A stretch of DNA of 62,546 nucleotides, filler included, from Choristocarpus tenellus KU-1152 (GCA_964200185.2; 11 parts of 11 records of this genome joined end to end with filler, not necessarily neighbours in it); one strand, 5' to 3'. Numbered from the whole stretch's first letter, positions 24,315 to 38,538 are shown. A program made the numbers and translations. The notes: generated from the sequence alone by a model not told the origin.

Positions 24315-25902
24315 CTATACAAGGTGACAAGGGTTAGGGCACACGTGCGTGCGTACAGATAAGTGCGTTTGACGTGTGTTCGTTGGCGAGGGTATTGGTG
24401 CTCACTAATTCAGTAACGCATTTTTCGTGCACACGCACGCCTTCCAGCATATTGTAAGAAATGCTCAAAAAGTGTGTGCATTGGGGTAGGGGGTAGGATG
24501 GATAACCACCATTCTACCTGCAGCTGGGTCAGGAGGGCTGACTGATTGTCCTCGTTGGTCAGTCACATAGACACAGAGCTAGATACTGAGATTCAGAGCA
24601 AAAAATAAAAGGCTTCATGTATACATTTGTTTCTGTTTCTGTCAAGAAGTCTCCGTTGTCATTTCGGATCAAGGTTATGTGGCATGGACTGTCCCCCCTC
24701 CTCTAACAATGAAAGATCACATTACCCTAACCCTAACCCTAATCATGTAGACGGAGACTCCTCTCGGAACGTTCCGCTAATACATAAATATATATATATA
24801 TATGTCCTATACTAACACCCCTCTGGGACAAAAAAAGCTACATACCGATAAGAACAACGCCACCATTACATAAAAACCAATGAGTGTGCTGTCCCAACGA
24901 CACCCTTTTGAAATAAAAGTTAAAAGACTGTATCAACAGCAACAACGTCGCCTGAAATCAGTACTTAATTCATTTATTACCAAAAGCCAAGTATACCCAC
25001 TATACACCCTAACCCTAACCCAACGCCTTCTGTCGATGGTCCACAATCGATTCTCATAATGTCTCCATTCAGAAAATTGGAAAGGTACGCAGACCTCTCT
25101 ACTGCATGCCCTGTTGTGTAAAACAACGCCTCTCGAATAAATACCATTATTATTATTATTATTAATAATATAATTTTAATAATGATAATAATAATAATAT
25201 TATTAATAACACATGGCACACACACACATTCATAGACACACGTCGACATCCTTCACACCTTGTTCCCAAAATCCAGTGGTAAACTGCCATACCGAACCAC
25301 CAACAGTCACAATCCCCAACATTTTTTTTAATTCCCAGGTTTTAATTCGAGTCTCGAAACTGTAACAGACTCCATCCACATCAGACCCACCCCCCCTTCC
25401 TGGAACACACAGACAACATACACACCGGAATTGTCTTATAAATCAAACCAAAAATCACTGGCCTAACCTTCCACAAGCCTCAAAAACAGACCACAGTACC
25501 TCGCTCAGGTAGGGATTGATTGTCTTGAGAGTCCAACGAAACCCCTCCCCCAAAACAAATCCCATACCATGGTGGTACAGACCTGACTGTATCTATCCAA
25601 CGTCATCAAAGAAGGAGAAGACACAGACACAGACACGGACACGCAAGCACGTCCCTTCCAATCAATCGCACTCCATTGCCATCAACAGAACACAACCACA
25701 AGTACGTATAAAATCAAATCCTCTGATTGCCTGCCCCTGTTCCTGCCAAACCGATCTACTTCCCCCATTGTGTTTGCATCTACTATCTAGTAACGTTAGT
25801 AACAGTACCTTCAGGCATGACAACAAGGGTAGCATAGCATGTTCCATATCGATCTTCACCCATCCCCCCCCCCCAAAAAAAAAAAAAAAAAAAAAAAAAA
25901 CA

Positions 25903-26002
25903 NNNNNNNNNNNNNNNNNNNNNNNNNNNNNNNNNNNNNNNNNNNNTTAATTAATTAANNNNNNNNNNNNNNNNNNNNNNNNNNNNNNNNNNNNNNNNNN
26001 NN
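25903..26002. other. Artificial contig spacer
   Basis: Same 100-nt linker. Confidence 0.98.
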
Positions 26003-26019
26003 GTCGATGTGTTGTTGGT

Positions 26020-26188
26020 GGGGGGGGGGGGGGTGGGTTGTCGGCGTCCGTTTTTCACCCTTTTTTCGAATTTCACTTTTTTTGGTGTGATTTGGTTGCA
26101 AGTTTCTGATTTGAAATGTCAGCAAAAAATGAGTTTGACTGAAACGGATGCCCCCTCACAACCCTCCCCCCCCCAGATACTTTGACCC
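26020..26188. mobile_element. MITE subfamily A2
   Basis: Same TIR as family A with a different interior (GGCGTCCGTTTTTCACCC), shared with 37684-37779 and 59219-59304. Confidence 0.75.
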
Positions 26189-27090
26189 ATCCATCCTCTG
26201 CTTGGCAGTTATCGGGCTAGATATATATGCCAAGTTTGAAGTTGTGCTGTCTGCTGGAACACACTAGTACTTTTCTAGAAGAGTGTCAAAGTTGTGTGAT
26301 AAATTTTGTTGGGCTGTCAGTGGGGGAAGTATCCTTGTTGCTAACCTCCTTCCTAGGTAAGAGGCGACTCTCATAGTATTGCACTGTCAGGAAGCAACAT
26401 CATCAGTGGTGATCTACCTACACTCACATCAGGGGCAGAATGGTGACTTTATTGGTTAATGTTGCTACAGTGTTAAGATTGTGATGTCTATTGCCCCTTA
26501 GGTTGAGTGAGGGCATAATATGGGCAGCAGGCAGTAGTGGGTTTATGTATAAGTGTAGGTGTGTGTGGTCAGTGTTCTGAGGTTTGCAGGAGGGACAGGA
26601 TGGCGTATAGGTCTCAAAAGAGGGGGGGGATTTGTCGTGTGTGTAGCTTATTGTGGACTGAAGGCTTGTGATTGGAGGTGATGGTACAAACTCTGTGGTA
26701 TTGGTATCGTCATGTAATAATGAGTGGAATACGGAACCCTATAATTGATGGTGAAAATGAGCCGTCCGATGACTATCAAGGAATATTGGGTCACGTTTTC
26801 ATTCTTCACCAATGAGATTCTATGTGCATTTCTACCAAGAGAATATTCTTCTCATCATCCAGACCTTACCGAACCAAAATGAACTGAATGGACACATCTT
26901 ATTCGTAACGGGTATATAGTTGACCACCTAATGATGCAAACCATGAAAGGGGAGATTTGAAATGAAGAATCTATGGTTCAATCCTGGAGGAACGTTTGAA
27001 CTGAAAAATGGAACTCGTTGGAACTCTTCTAAATAGGTGTTACTAATTTAGAGTCGTGTCCAATTGGTGCTGGTGTCATACCCCATCAGT

Positions 27091-27268
27091 GGGTCAAAGT
27101 ATCTGGGGGGGGGATGGCGGCTGTCCATTTGGGGTCAATGCTTTCATGTCGCGATTTTTGGGTGATTTGGTTGTGTACGTCGGATGGATAATGTAAATGT
27201 GCTTTTCCTGATTTTGACCCAAATAAGCACCCTGGTGTAGACCCCCCCCCCCCCAGATACTTAGGGTC
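27091..27268. mobile_element. MITE family A, full copy
   Basis: TIRs AAGTATCT+poly-G / poly-C+AGATACTT; AGT duplicated on both flanks. Confidence 0.85.
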
Positions 27269-28503
27269 AGTGGGCATACTACAAGGCATCAATACTATAG
27301 GTAGAGGTGTCCGTAACGACTCTGGAAAAGAAGTATTATCAGAGGAGTTGGGTTGTTTGTGTACATAGTACACGATTTAATTGTCCCAAGTAACAGGCCT
27401 AGCACTATACGTAACACGGGTTGAATGGTATGTTGAGCATTTGTTGGTGGATGCTTCCCTTCCTTCGCTACATTTATCATTCTACACCATTTTTCTCAGG
27501 GCATGTTTAGTTCCCATACCTATTGTATACGGGTGGTCGGTTGAAGAGTGCTGATGAGCTTTTTTGCTGCGCACTTCATGTGGTATATTCGGTGTACGTA
27601 TATTTACTTTGAGGGAGACTCTGCCAACAAGCAAGCAAGCAACAAACAAATATGGATAAATTAATGTCTTTGTTCTTGGAAGGCACTAGGTAACAAATGT
27701 GAACAACCGTGCCTACCATGAGTATTGAAGGGTTTTGTTCCTTTCAATCTTGTTGGATATTTAGGATGACTTTACCAGGAACAATTTCCTCTAGGACATA
27801 CGTCACAAGAACAAGTAATGCTAGGGGGACAGTTGACCGTGACGTGTGTTTGAAGATGTAACGCATGATGAGTCGATTTGGTGTACAACAATAGATTGTT
27901 CTATAGGTCTTAGACCTTGTGCCTAACGTCTTGTTTGTTATCAGGGCACTGAGCACAGCCAAACATTTCCTATATAATGCAGGTTGTCCAGAAACACTGG
28001 AGCACATATTTTGCTATACACCATCCATTATCCAGATAGGATAAGCTGGACCAAGTGTAGTTCCTATGCCAGAATGAATTATTTGTTGGTCATTGACCTG
28101 TTTTACCAGTACCCAAATAGGCAGTGTGCTATCTCCACAAGACCAGGTGAAATGCCTACAAACTGCTTGCTTCCTCGAAGGCTTGTGCAGGTACTGAGAC
28201 AGTATTCAAGACTGCAAAATAATTGTTGTCCCTCAGGTCAAATGTTGATGTATCTTGAGCACGTTTTGCTGTTGAAACGAACAGGAGACGGTTTAGACGC
28301 TGCAGTGGTACCCTCGCAAATTCCCATCCTACTGTTAGAATATATACTGTACAGCTAAATATTCCAAGTATGTTTGTTATCTTTCTAACAACAAACCACA
28401 ACATACACCTATCTTGCCTATTGCCCTTACGTAGGGCAAAGTTAGCAACGTCCAGTAACAGTGGATTTTAATAATTGAGGATGGAGCGTACTATTGAGGA
28501 TGG

Positions 28504-28603
28504 NNNNNNNNNNNNNNNNNNNNNNNNNNNNNNNNNNNNNNNNNNNNTTAATTAATTAANNNNNNNNNNNNNNNNNNNNNNNNNNNNNNNNNNNNNNNNN
28601 NNN
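28504..28603. other. Artificial contig spacer
   Basis: Same 100-nt linker. Confidence 0.98.
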
Positions 28604-28623
28604 CCCCCCAGATACTTTGACCC
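28604..28623. mobile_element. MITE family A right TIR at contig start
   Basis: CCCCCCAGATACTTTGACCC. Confidence 0.65.
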
Positions 28624-30528
28624 CGTACTTCGGTGATCAGCATCCTCCTGATGAAGTACAACCAGGTGGTTCATTGGTATGTTTTTTTCTGCCTTTCACA
28701 GTTCAGTCATGATGTAGACTGTTTCTGGTAGGTACAAATTATTTTGGCTAGTGTCATTAAAATAAAACATGTTGCTCGTACTTTGACAATGAGAATTCTA
28801 TAAGAAGGAAGTTGATATCTCCGTGAGTTGTTTTGGCCACTGCAAAGACGACAGAGCTTGTTCAAGAGAGTGCGAGGCTTGTGAAAGTGCTGCTGCATAT
28901 ACATGTGCAATAGTGGTCATATTAGCGATACAGGGGGGATGCGGAAAATGAACCAAATTATCCATTTAGGAGCTATTCACTGGTTAGTCCAAGCCTAGAC
29001 CAATTCTGTTAATTCCTCGCTGCAACCTGCCAACTTGCCAACTTGGTTTGATGGTCCAGGAGGGGCTTTCGTCATTCAGTTCCAATTCATGGCAGGCCAT
29101 GCATGGGTTCTCCTCCACCAATAAAGCGAACGATCCTATTTAGTCACTTAAGCAAGGTCACAAGCTGCAAAGACTTAACTCATATGGTACATCTATATAT
29201 GATTTCTAGACTTCTACGTGGTTCTACAGATACTGATATTCCTATCGAGATCTACAGACCGTAGTACTACACTGAACTGGTTACTGACACCTTGTTGTGA
29301 GTATGGTATCTATTACATTGAACTTTAAAGTATTATTGTGCACTTGTTAATATGTTAAACATCACTTGTTTTTACTACGATATATATATGTAGTTTTCAC
29401 TTTAATTCAATAACTCGAGTATTTGTGCTAGACCCTACCCAGCCCTGACCTCTGGTGATAGGCACTACACGTGGTGCTACTTCCAAACATAATTATGAAC
29501 TGACGATGAGTAAGTAATTTCTGCCCTGTTCCTAGGTTTCCTTCTTCTCGGGTTGATTATTCATGGGATATTTATTCGATATTGGTCAGGTATGAACTTA
29601 CGCAGTTCTTTGACAAACATTGGTGGCATGACTACTGAGCCACTTAGTCGAGCTATTGAACCACTCACTACATATATTGGATCCTCTCTCCCCTGTAGCA
29701 TGTGATCATGATATTAACAATATCAATACTTCCTCACCCTCCATTCGTCCAAAGCAGTGTTTTTGACCTTGACTGTCAATGATTCCCTTAAATTAATGGC
29801 AACCAATGCTGGGCGTTAAGCTTTAAAATATCTATCAACAGACGAATTTCCTCCCACCGTAGTGAGATACTGAATTGTCAATGCAGCAATATATATATAT
29901 GTGGACTGATTAAGTGATGGTCAGTATAGAGTGGGTGACGTTCTAATCGGAAATCTAGTCATGATTTCTTCCTCTCAACCTCATTAACAACAACTGGAAA
30001 TGTTCATCCACACTATACACTGAAGCACTAAACTGGGCTGTTTCTCTCGTATTATGGAAATACTTCTTCTGCAGGAGAAATATATGTGTGGAAAGGTGGC
30101 TGTTGTAATAGAGCAAAAAATAATGACAAAATAAAGTTGAGTATTTATATGTATTTACTACCCTTTTCCTGCCTCAATACTGAGCATATCCAGCACAGAC
30201 TTCCTCATAACAAAATGTTTAGAGGGTGAGGGAGTGAGGAGAGTTCCAAGTTGCAAAATGTGTTGAGGCGTTTGAAACACACTGTGATCTCTTTTGTTTT
30301 CCTTTTTTTGGCTGCAAGTACGAGGTCAGTTGCAATTTGGAGAAACTTATGTACCTCGGCAAAAGAAAATTCTTCCTTTATCAATCCATTCCACAATATA
30401 GAACACATATTTCGATGAGCAGGACAAAACAAGGGGTTATATGTCTTATCCCACGTCCAGCGAAAATATCCATAATGACCTGAACTGAACTCTCTCTTCT
30501 TGCTGCCCGTGACTCTGAATTTGGACAG

Positions 30529-33500
30529 GGCCTTGGCTGCATTCCCTGATTTGACAATTCACAACATATCCGCAATCAACTATGCAGAACTTTGGGCAGA
30601 TAAAATGTGCGATAAGACAACAAGTCTCATCTACTACATTCATCCTGGAACTATTGTCATGCGCAACCCTCGCAAAAAGGATATCTATTCACCCACCGGG
30701 GAATTATTGGTACAATGGCATGGGGTAGATAAAGTTTCTCCGCTGGACCAAAAGCATTCATCTCTGACCTCGACCTTGCTCGGCTTTGAGAGTCGATCAT
30801 TTGTGTCTGGTGTGGATCTCATCCTTCCGAGAGATATCAACGCAGAGCTGAGAAAATCCATCATGCTTCATCCTCTACTGCAGAAGGAATTTCGTACCCG
30901 TTTTGATGAGGAGGCAGCTATCGCAAACTATCTCATCCAGATTAGAGGAGATGACAACCTATTAGAAATCTCAATTTCTGAGGTGAGTGTGATATTTTGT
31001 CGATTTTTCTTTCGACTGCATTAAGAATGAGAGCCAATACACAATTGACTCTAAGACTGAATTTAGTATAGTGGTAGCTGCAAACCAGTATAAAATTACC
31101 TTGAATCAAGGGATTTCATTGCTCAGCCATCAGAGTGAAAGTATCTTAGAGGGTACGAGTTTTTCCCTGTTTGTCCATTTGGAGCTTGGCTTCCCATGGG
31201 TTTTATTGTGACATTTTCCTACTCCAACATGTTTAGGAGTAGGTAAAACGAGTACATTAAGAAAAGGTGTGTCCAGAACAAGGATACTAACACTCCCTAA
31301 CAAACACGATAGCCAAATTACATAAAAAAATCCAATGTTGCGATTTTGGCACCCAAATGGACGCGGCCCTACCCTCTAAGATACTTTGGCTCATCAGGTA
31401 TTTGAGTAGTCAACGAAGGGGCCTATTTTTTTCTTGGGTTGGAACTAGGTCAATATTGAAATAAATGTGAGAAAAAAGAAAAGAATAGGATAGGCACAAT
31501 CTCACAACTGATATACCTGTAGGTTGAAACACATACCAAGCATGCAATGCTCTCGCCTTGGTGAAAACACGCCAGCCTTGCCTGTACCTCTTCTTCATTT
31601 TTTTCTATATTCATATTGTGAAATATGGCAGCACACGATAGAGGTGTTCTTAAAAGCAGTGCCTCTCCTTACCATATGTGATTAGTCACACTTTTTTTAA
31701 ATTGCTCTTTGTGTGAACCCCGCCCACCAACACACAACAGGCATTGGCATCCCTAGCCTTTGCAAGGGGTCATCATGGCATTCAATTCTTCAATCCCGTC
31801 CATTGGACAAACAACAATCTTTTCCAAAATGTCTCAGTGTGGGACATTCCTCTTATCAGGCCACCCTTCAGCTGCATGGTGGACATGAGCCTTGCGTATA
31901 AGGGGTATGATTTGAGCTTGCACCTCAGAAATCTCCTTCAATCTTTCAAATCCAATTCAAGGAATTGTGACTTAGGGTATCTTACTATCCCAGTGACTGA
32001 ATTGAGAGCTAGACCTGGCGTGGAGTTTGGGCCAGCTACTGGGTTGCCCATGCCTCCGTTAGAGGACTTTGATATCAGTGTCATGTATCGGACGTTTTAT
32101 GGTGACTCCTTCCTCTTCGAGGTCTCTTTGTTATCGGTCATTCATCGTTTCCCTTCTGCCCGTGAGGTTGTGGTTGTGATTGAAGAAAGGGACGAGGTTT
32201 TGTTCAAGGTCATCTTGGAGCCGCACATCGTGAATGCACCCTTCCCAATACGGATAGTTACGGAGGAGACCTTGATGGATGGTCACATACAGCAGCAATA
32301 TTCGAAGATGCTTGCTGACCTGTACTGTGAAGGAGACTTCATCCTGCACATGGACTCTGATGTGGTGATCATTGAGGATGTGACCTATGATCACATATTC
32401 AAGTTTGGCAAACCTGTTCTTCCTTTCAGGCGTTACCGTGACGATGCAGGTGAGATCATATTTGAGGTCTTGATCATCTTTGAAACAACATATTTATCTT
32501 GGGGAAATGATGCTACAAAATGGGCTGCCTATTGCAGTCTCTCCGTCTCTGAATCATCTTCATATACCTGAGCAAGAAGCGGTAGCCAATAGAGCTGTTT
32601 ATCTTGTTTGATGTAGAGCCTTTACAAGCTTCAGTTGAGCAGATATCACCAGAAGAATCCTTGTATAGAACAAGAATTTAAATTGTCCCAATATATCCTT
32701 AGCCTTGACTCAGGTATGTAGAACAGGTTTAAACATTAGAGTCAAAGTACGGAGAGGGGATGCCATTGAGTTTTATGGACCCCTCCGACTTGCTGGGTGG
32801 CACATGTTTTCGAGTACAAATTACACAACAGTGCAGCGAACATTTTGGGTGTTTTGTGAGTGTACGCAGTTTGCAGAAGCAACTCATTATCGAAGTTCGT
32901 TTTCGAATGCCTTATCGTCTTTTATATAACGTTGAAGAACCCTCTTATAAACTCAAAACGACAAAACGTCTTTGTTGGTGATTAGCTAAAGCAATGACCC
33001 CCCAAAGCAAAATCATGTATCAGCCGTGACTGGCTATACTTGTATGACCGTATAGAGATTAATGGTTTTTTAATTTGGACGTCAGTGGCCATATGCAGGT
33101 CTCACTAAGGAAGACCCAAACCATTCCCAATGGTAATTCTTGGAGTTTGAACATCTTGTTGGTAATGGATTCCCTAACAAGAAGGAGCTGTGGGGTTGAT
33201 AATTTTAGTGTATAGGTTTTTAACTGTGTGAGACTTCCATATTTCTTTTACACTAGTGATCATGTTAGAGAAACCAGTGTTTATCAAATCGTCTGCAATG
33301 GTAAGGCAAGCCTTGAGACTGGAACTCTACGTTCTAATTTCAGCATTCACGTATTAAATTTGACCCACTTAGAACACATTGGTTGACGATATATATATTT
33401 TTTCACTCTTTTCTTACCTCTAAGCCACAGAAAATGATTCCTTCCGAAGGTGGCAGGGTATGACTATTTTCCTTTCTAGAAATATATATTCGAGGGTACA

Positions 33501-36500
33501 TATGGACGGCTTAGAAATTGAGGTTAAGTGTCATCACGGTAACTTGCCAAGCCCTATGACCAATAAACTGACAGATAAATGCCTCACTGCATTCTATTCT
33601 AGTCCATAACGAACACTAAGATACTTCGAAAAGGCCCTTTGGTGGTTCTTAAATTCCGTATCATGGTACGGTTTTTACATGGAAGCTCTATCCCAAAAAT
33701 CGCAACCACAACAGATCTGTCATGTTGTAACGGTATACTACTTCATGGTAGTTCTGGAGATATGCTGTTGGATTTGGTTCATCACCTTTCTTGGCAGTAT
33801 GTGGTACGAACATATGTATGCACCAGATATATTTGTGATTGTGAAGAAAATCTGGTGATGCTATTCGATAGGTTAACTTGTACCATCAGTGATAAAACAT
33901 CATTCATAACGGCCCCTTGACCCCCTCAATCCCATGATATGATAGAGCAACCTAACATCACTATCGGCGCTTGTTATGAAGAGCGTAAATCGAAAAGTTA
34001 CACATCTTTGCATTGTTCCGTGTTGCAGATTGGATCAACAAGGTGTTGTCGGTGTGCTGGAAGAACGGTACAGTGCTGGCATTGGGCGAGGATGTGGTGC
34101 ACGAGTTTTCAATCTTCAACAGCCATGTATACCCACGTGAGGTGTATCCAGCAACACGTATTTTCATCGAGAACAAGGAAGGTGTTCCTTTTGTTGACTT
34201 CATGAGCACTCGGAGAGGCCAGTGCCAAGCAGTCGAGATGTTGGCCGACTGGACATTAGAGGAGCGCAATCTTGTCTTTTCAGAGTTCAACGTCCTTGGA
34301 GCATATCTGTGGTAAGTGCAAGCAAGAGAACCAATCTCAACTGTATTTTTCAGATGACCATCTCACTATTGATACAGCAAACATGTACAGCACTCCAAAG
34401 AACTGCATCATGAAGACACAGACCATACATGTTGCATGGATGAGATTGACCAAAGTATGTCAGCCCAATGGCAGGTTACAATGTTGTTGCAATGGTACCT
34501 TATATCTTCAACGAAGTTCTATTAAACGAACAAGAGTTGTAATTGAAGGATGAGTGTTGCCCGTTTGATTTGTGCGCAATCCCACCACAACGCAGTATTT
34601 GGCGAGCAAGAGGGCGCCTTTCCTCCTCCTGATAGTGAAGTGTTAATGCTTGGAAGTTGCCCAAGAACGGTAGCTGTCGCAGCTCAGCATGCCTTCACCT
34701 GTATTCCCCAATGCCAGCAAACTTCGCCTTTGCTAACAATACCACAACGAAAACGTGGGTACTTCATGTCTAGGCCTCTCCCTCACAAACTCTCAGAGAA
34801 AGAGCCTAAGAAGTTGGGCTCTAAAATGGTATCCATATTTTACATATTTCTGCTCAAATTCCTTGGTTTCCATACGAGTAGAGGGGTCAAATCAACCCCT
34901 ATGTATTTCCTTGTGTATTAACCTTTCAACTGAGATGTAAAGCTTAATTGTTGCACCCGCACACGTAATCGTGACTGCACAATGGCACGATCAAGGGAAG
35001 TGATGTGTGCTTTATCTATCATCTATTCCATTGTGGCATTGTAAGGTCTATTTGGTTACTACTGTGAGTCTTAACTTTGATCGCACAGAGTGTGTGAGGC
35101 CTTCCTCTCCTGGGCTTTGAGACACTCCTATCTATCCGATATTCCACCAGTGTTCCAGCTCATGCTCATAGCCATTTTTTTGGGTGGGGGAGTAGGGCTT
35201 GTATACAGAGCCATATTGAATTGGGATGAGACCTTCAGTGGTGAGTTTTTAGTGAGTTCGATGGTCAGAGCCAATCTATTTTAGCCTTCTAAATTCGACT
35301 CTCAAGGACCAGAGAGTAAAGGTTGGACTAGGTGTTCTCACATAGCAATCATATACCTCTGTTTTGGCTGCTTCATATCTGGTTGAGTAGACTTATGCTA
35401 CACTAGGTGTTTCCTTATCGACGTCATGGTCACAAAGGCTTTGATCGTTATCTTATTATAGTGCACACATATGCGGCACCTGGACATGTCAGTGACTCGT
35501 CAGTCTGCCCTTGTAAACTATTTGAGGTTGTGCACAGGGTTTTCACTTGTGCCAGTACCTGGACCTCTCTTCCACTTTATCTCAACGTGTTTCACCTGTT
35601 TTAAGGGGTCAAGAAACTGTCCAGTTGGAATGAAATGTCACATCCTCTGATGGTCCCCAAAGATTGAGATACCACTGACTGCTTGGCCAGGGGTGGACAG
35701 TCGTGTATTGTGTGCTGCGGTCAAACAATCGGTGATATCTCAATAATTGACATACCCTTCTACAGACTCAAGAATGAGGAATGTATGATTCGTGGTGTTA
35801 GATGCTAATCTTAAGAGGCAGAGAAAATTGAGGGGTAGGCAAGGTTACATTTGAAAGGTTCAACTGGTTAAGACACACTACTCTCAATTACTTCTTCTCT
35901 AACAGGTATTTCTAGTCTTCATCAACTACCTCAAGAATTCCTTTCTGAACAAGAGTGGAGATATGTTGATGTTGGCACATCTTGGTATATGTAAAGAACG
36001 TTAGGTTTGAAGAGCCTCTTCCACCAGACGAATGAAACACAATTCAATCTTGTGGCGATTCTCCAGTTGCTCTATTAAAATGGCTCAGGTGGAATATTTC
36101 ATTTGGTGCTATCCGACCAAGCTGAGCTTTAGCGCAGTGACAAACAACATATCTGCCATGTGTATAAGTGCGATTTCTTTTTGGCCTTAGGGAAATGAAA
36201 CACGCACATATAATTCCCATAGTATAGATTTTGATATTGTCAAACGCCAGTGTGTGAACTGCTGTGTACATGATCTGGCTTGGAGAGGTTGACCTTGTAA
36301 TTGTGACATATTTTAGTATGTTTGATGCACACACATTTCAGGAAGTAATGTGACAAGGTTTGGAAGTTACGAGTATGACGCTAAAAATGGTTCGTAATAG
36401 AACGTGTGATTATGGTACGGGTCGCACATTCCTCTGTCGAATAACCTACGGTTATCCTTGCGTTATCTGTGCTGATACAAGTATATAACATAAGTTATAT

Positions 36501-37539
36501 GTACGTTTATAATTAGTTCGGTACAATACAATGTAGTAACGTGCATAAAAATATCCTCAGTGTTTTCAGATTGTCTTTGCAAGGCTATTTTAAGAGGGGT
36601 TGTAAGAAGCGCACAATTGTTACAAAAAATATCACAATATATGGTCTATATAGCGAGACACGAAAGAGTCAGTAGTGCCATACTCGATTTTTGTTTGCCA
36701 TTTTTCGTTCAATCGTGTTATTTGTGCACGTTGAGGTTTGCCACTTCGAAATACACGTAATCAAGCGAATTAGGTCCATCTAGTGACGGATAAAGGACAT
36801 GAAGACTGGTGGATTGGGGAGCGTGCCAAGAATAAACGATTTTGCATGTAAAAATTTGGAACTAATTACGGCTATTGAACAGACTTGAACCTCTCGACTT
36901 GTGCGGGTTCCTACCCCTTCTTTTGAGCAAAAGGGAACGAGAGGTATCCAAATTTTGACCGTTTTGCTTCTGAAGACATTTTCGATCTTCTGAAATTCAC
37001 GGGTATTTCCATGAATGAAGTTCTAAGTTTGACTTGATAGCGTTGATTTCTTTGTTATAAAATATTTGACATAATTCAGACTATTTCCTATAGTGATTAC
37101 TTGTACAAAAAGTCGAATTTTAAACGTATTTGTAAGGATCCTCAAAATGTACCTATGGGTATACAGCTCTTTTGCTTTTGCAACAGAAACATGCCAATAT
37201 AATATTCGCCCATATTTCATTGAATAACTGTACCATGATGATAATTATTGGTTAAAGATTCATCCCATTGTCATATCCCACTGAGCAAATCTCACGATCA
37301 AATTGCCTTCGACACCCCATTTTAGGTACCATATGCACAGCTTGGTGCATTGGATCCCAACAGACCCACTGGATATCATGCCAGATACTCTGCCAATAGA
37401 CGTAACCAAGTACATGTGGGTATGCAAGGGGTATGCACGAAATGCACCAGAAGATCCCAAGAAGAGGGCCGAGTATGCGTCAGAGCTTCTCAAAGTCAAC
37501 AGTACCGAAAATTGCGAAAAATTCAGAGAAAGGTGGTAA
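30529..37539 (+). CDS. GT-A-fold nucleotide-diphospho-sugar transferase-like protein, 5'-partial
   Basis: Phase-consistent exons 30529-30982, 31741-32449, 34029-34311, 37326-37539 (TAA). Motifs QQQYSKMLADLYCEGDFILHMDSDVV (DxD after a hydrophobic strand), GKPVLPF and FSEFNVLGAYLW. Confidence 0.75.
31133..31392. mobile_element. MITE family B
   Basis: GAGTGAAAGTATCTTAGAGGGTA...TACCCTCTAAGATACTTTGGCTC; ATCA duplicated. Confidence 0.9.
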
Positions 37540-37683
37540 AATATTTGGTGTCATAAGGAGGTATGATGTAGTGTGAGGGAGACTGGCACTAAACATGTTT
37601 CTTGCCCTGGAGAATGTTGGCCATGAAGATCTTGACAGGAATTGGCCCAGGTTAGAAGACTGTAGGGTGATATTGAAACTCTT

Positions 37684-37779
37684 GGGTCAAAGTATCTGGG
37701 GGGGGGGTGCCGGCGTCCGTTTTTCACCCTTTTTTCGATTTTCATTTTTTTGGTGTGGTTTTGTGGCACCTGGCGGGTT
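37684..37779. mobile_element. MITE subfamily A2, cut by contig end
   Basis: GGGTCAAAGTATCTG(n) followed by the A2 interior. Confidence 0.75.
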
Positions 37780-37879
37780 NNNNNNNNNNNNNNNNNNNNN
37801 NNNNNNNNNNNNNNNNNNNNNNNTTAATTAATTAANNNNNNNNNNNNNNNNNNNNNNNNNNNNNNNNNNNNNNNNNNNN
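37780..37879. other. Artificial contig spacer
   Basis: Same 100-nt linker. Confidence 0.98.
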
Positions 37880-37904
37880 CACCCCCCCCCAGATACTTTG
37901 ACCC
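37880..37904. mobile_element. MITE family A right TIR at contig start
   Basis: C(n)AGATACTTTGACCC. Confidence 0.65.
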
Positions 37905-38538
37905 AACTACCAGGATCAAAAGAACCCTCATAGTGGGTACGCTTTTGTGCCTTGACTGTAACAGCAGCTGCACCATTGCTGGTGGATAAATGTAGAAGAT
38001 GAAAACTATTCACATGTCAGAATAGTGGTAGTATCATATCCGAGTGTACTACATTGTACCGTAGACTCGAATACAATACTCCTACTACGTATAGTATACT
38101 TGGATACGATACTACTACTATTCTTATTGTTATGCACTCTGACATTTTGGAGATGTGTCAGGGGAAAAACTAATGAGAACTATTCACATGTCAGAACTAC
38201 TATTGTAATAGGTGAACCGTTAACGACGCTGTAAGTCAAAAAAGCACTGTCATCATACATAGTGGATTGCATGTAGTAGTGGCGGATGAAGTTAGTTTGG
38301 GTTGATGATGATGGGTGAGTGTGGGTTATGGGAGGTCGGATAAGGTGTCAGGGTTTCCAATTAATAAACTATAATCAGAAATGTAATAGGATGTTATGCC
38401 GAGGAGGTGGGCTCTTGAAAACGAAAGGAGGAAACAACAGTACTTGGAGGTTTTGGTACGATACAAGTACATATTACTATTTTCTACTCCCGTGTAATAA
38501 ATCCTACAATCATTTCTTAAGAGACATTGCACAACAAC

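Noticed and set aside
26700-28400. Coding potential in contig 3
   Set aside because: Only short ORFs, with no consistent splice chain or motif.
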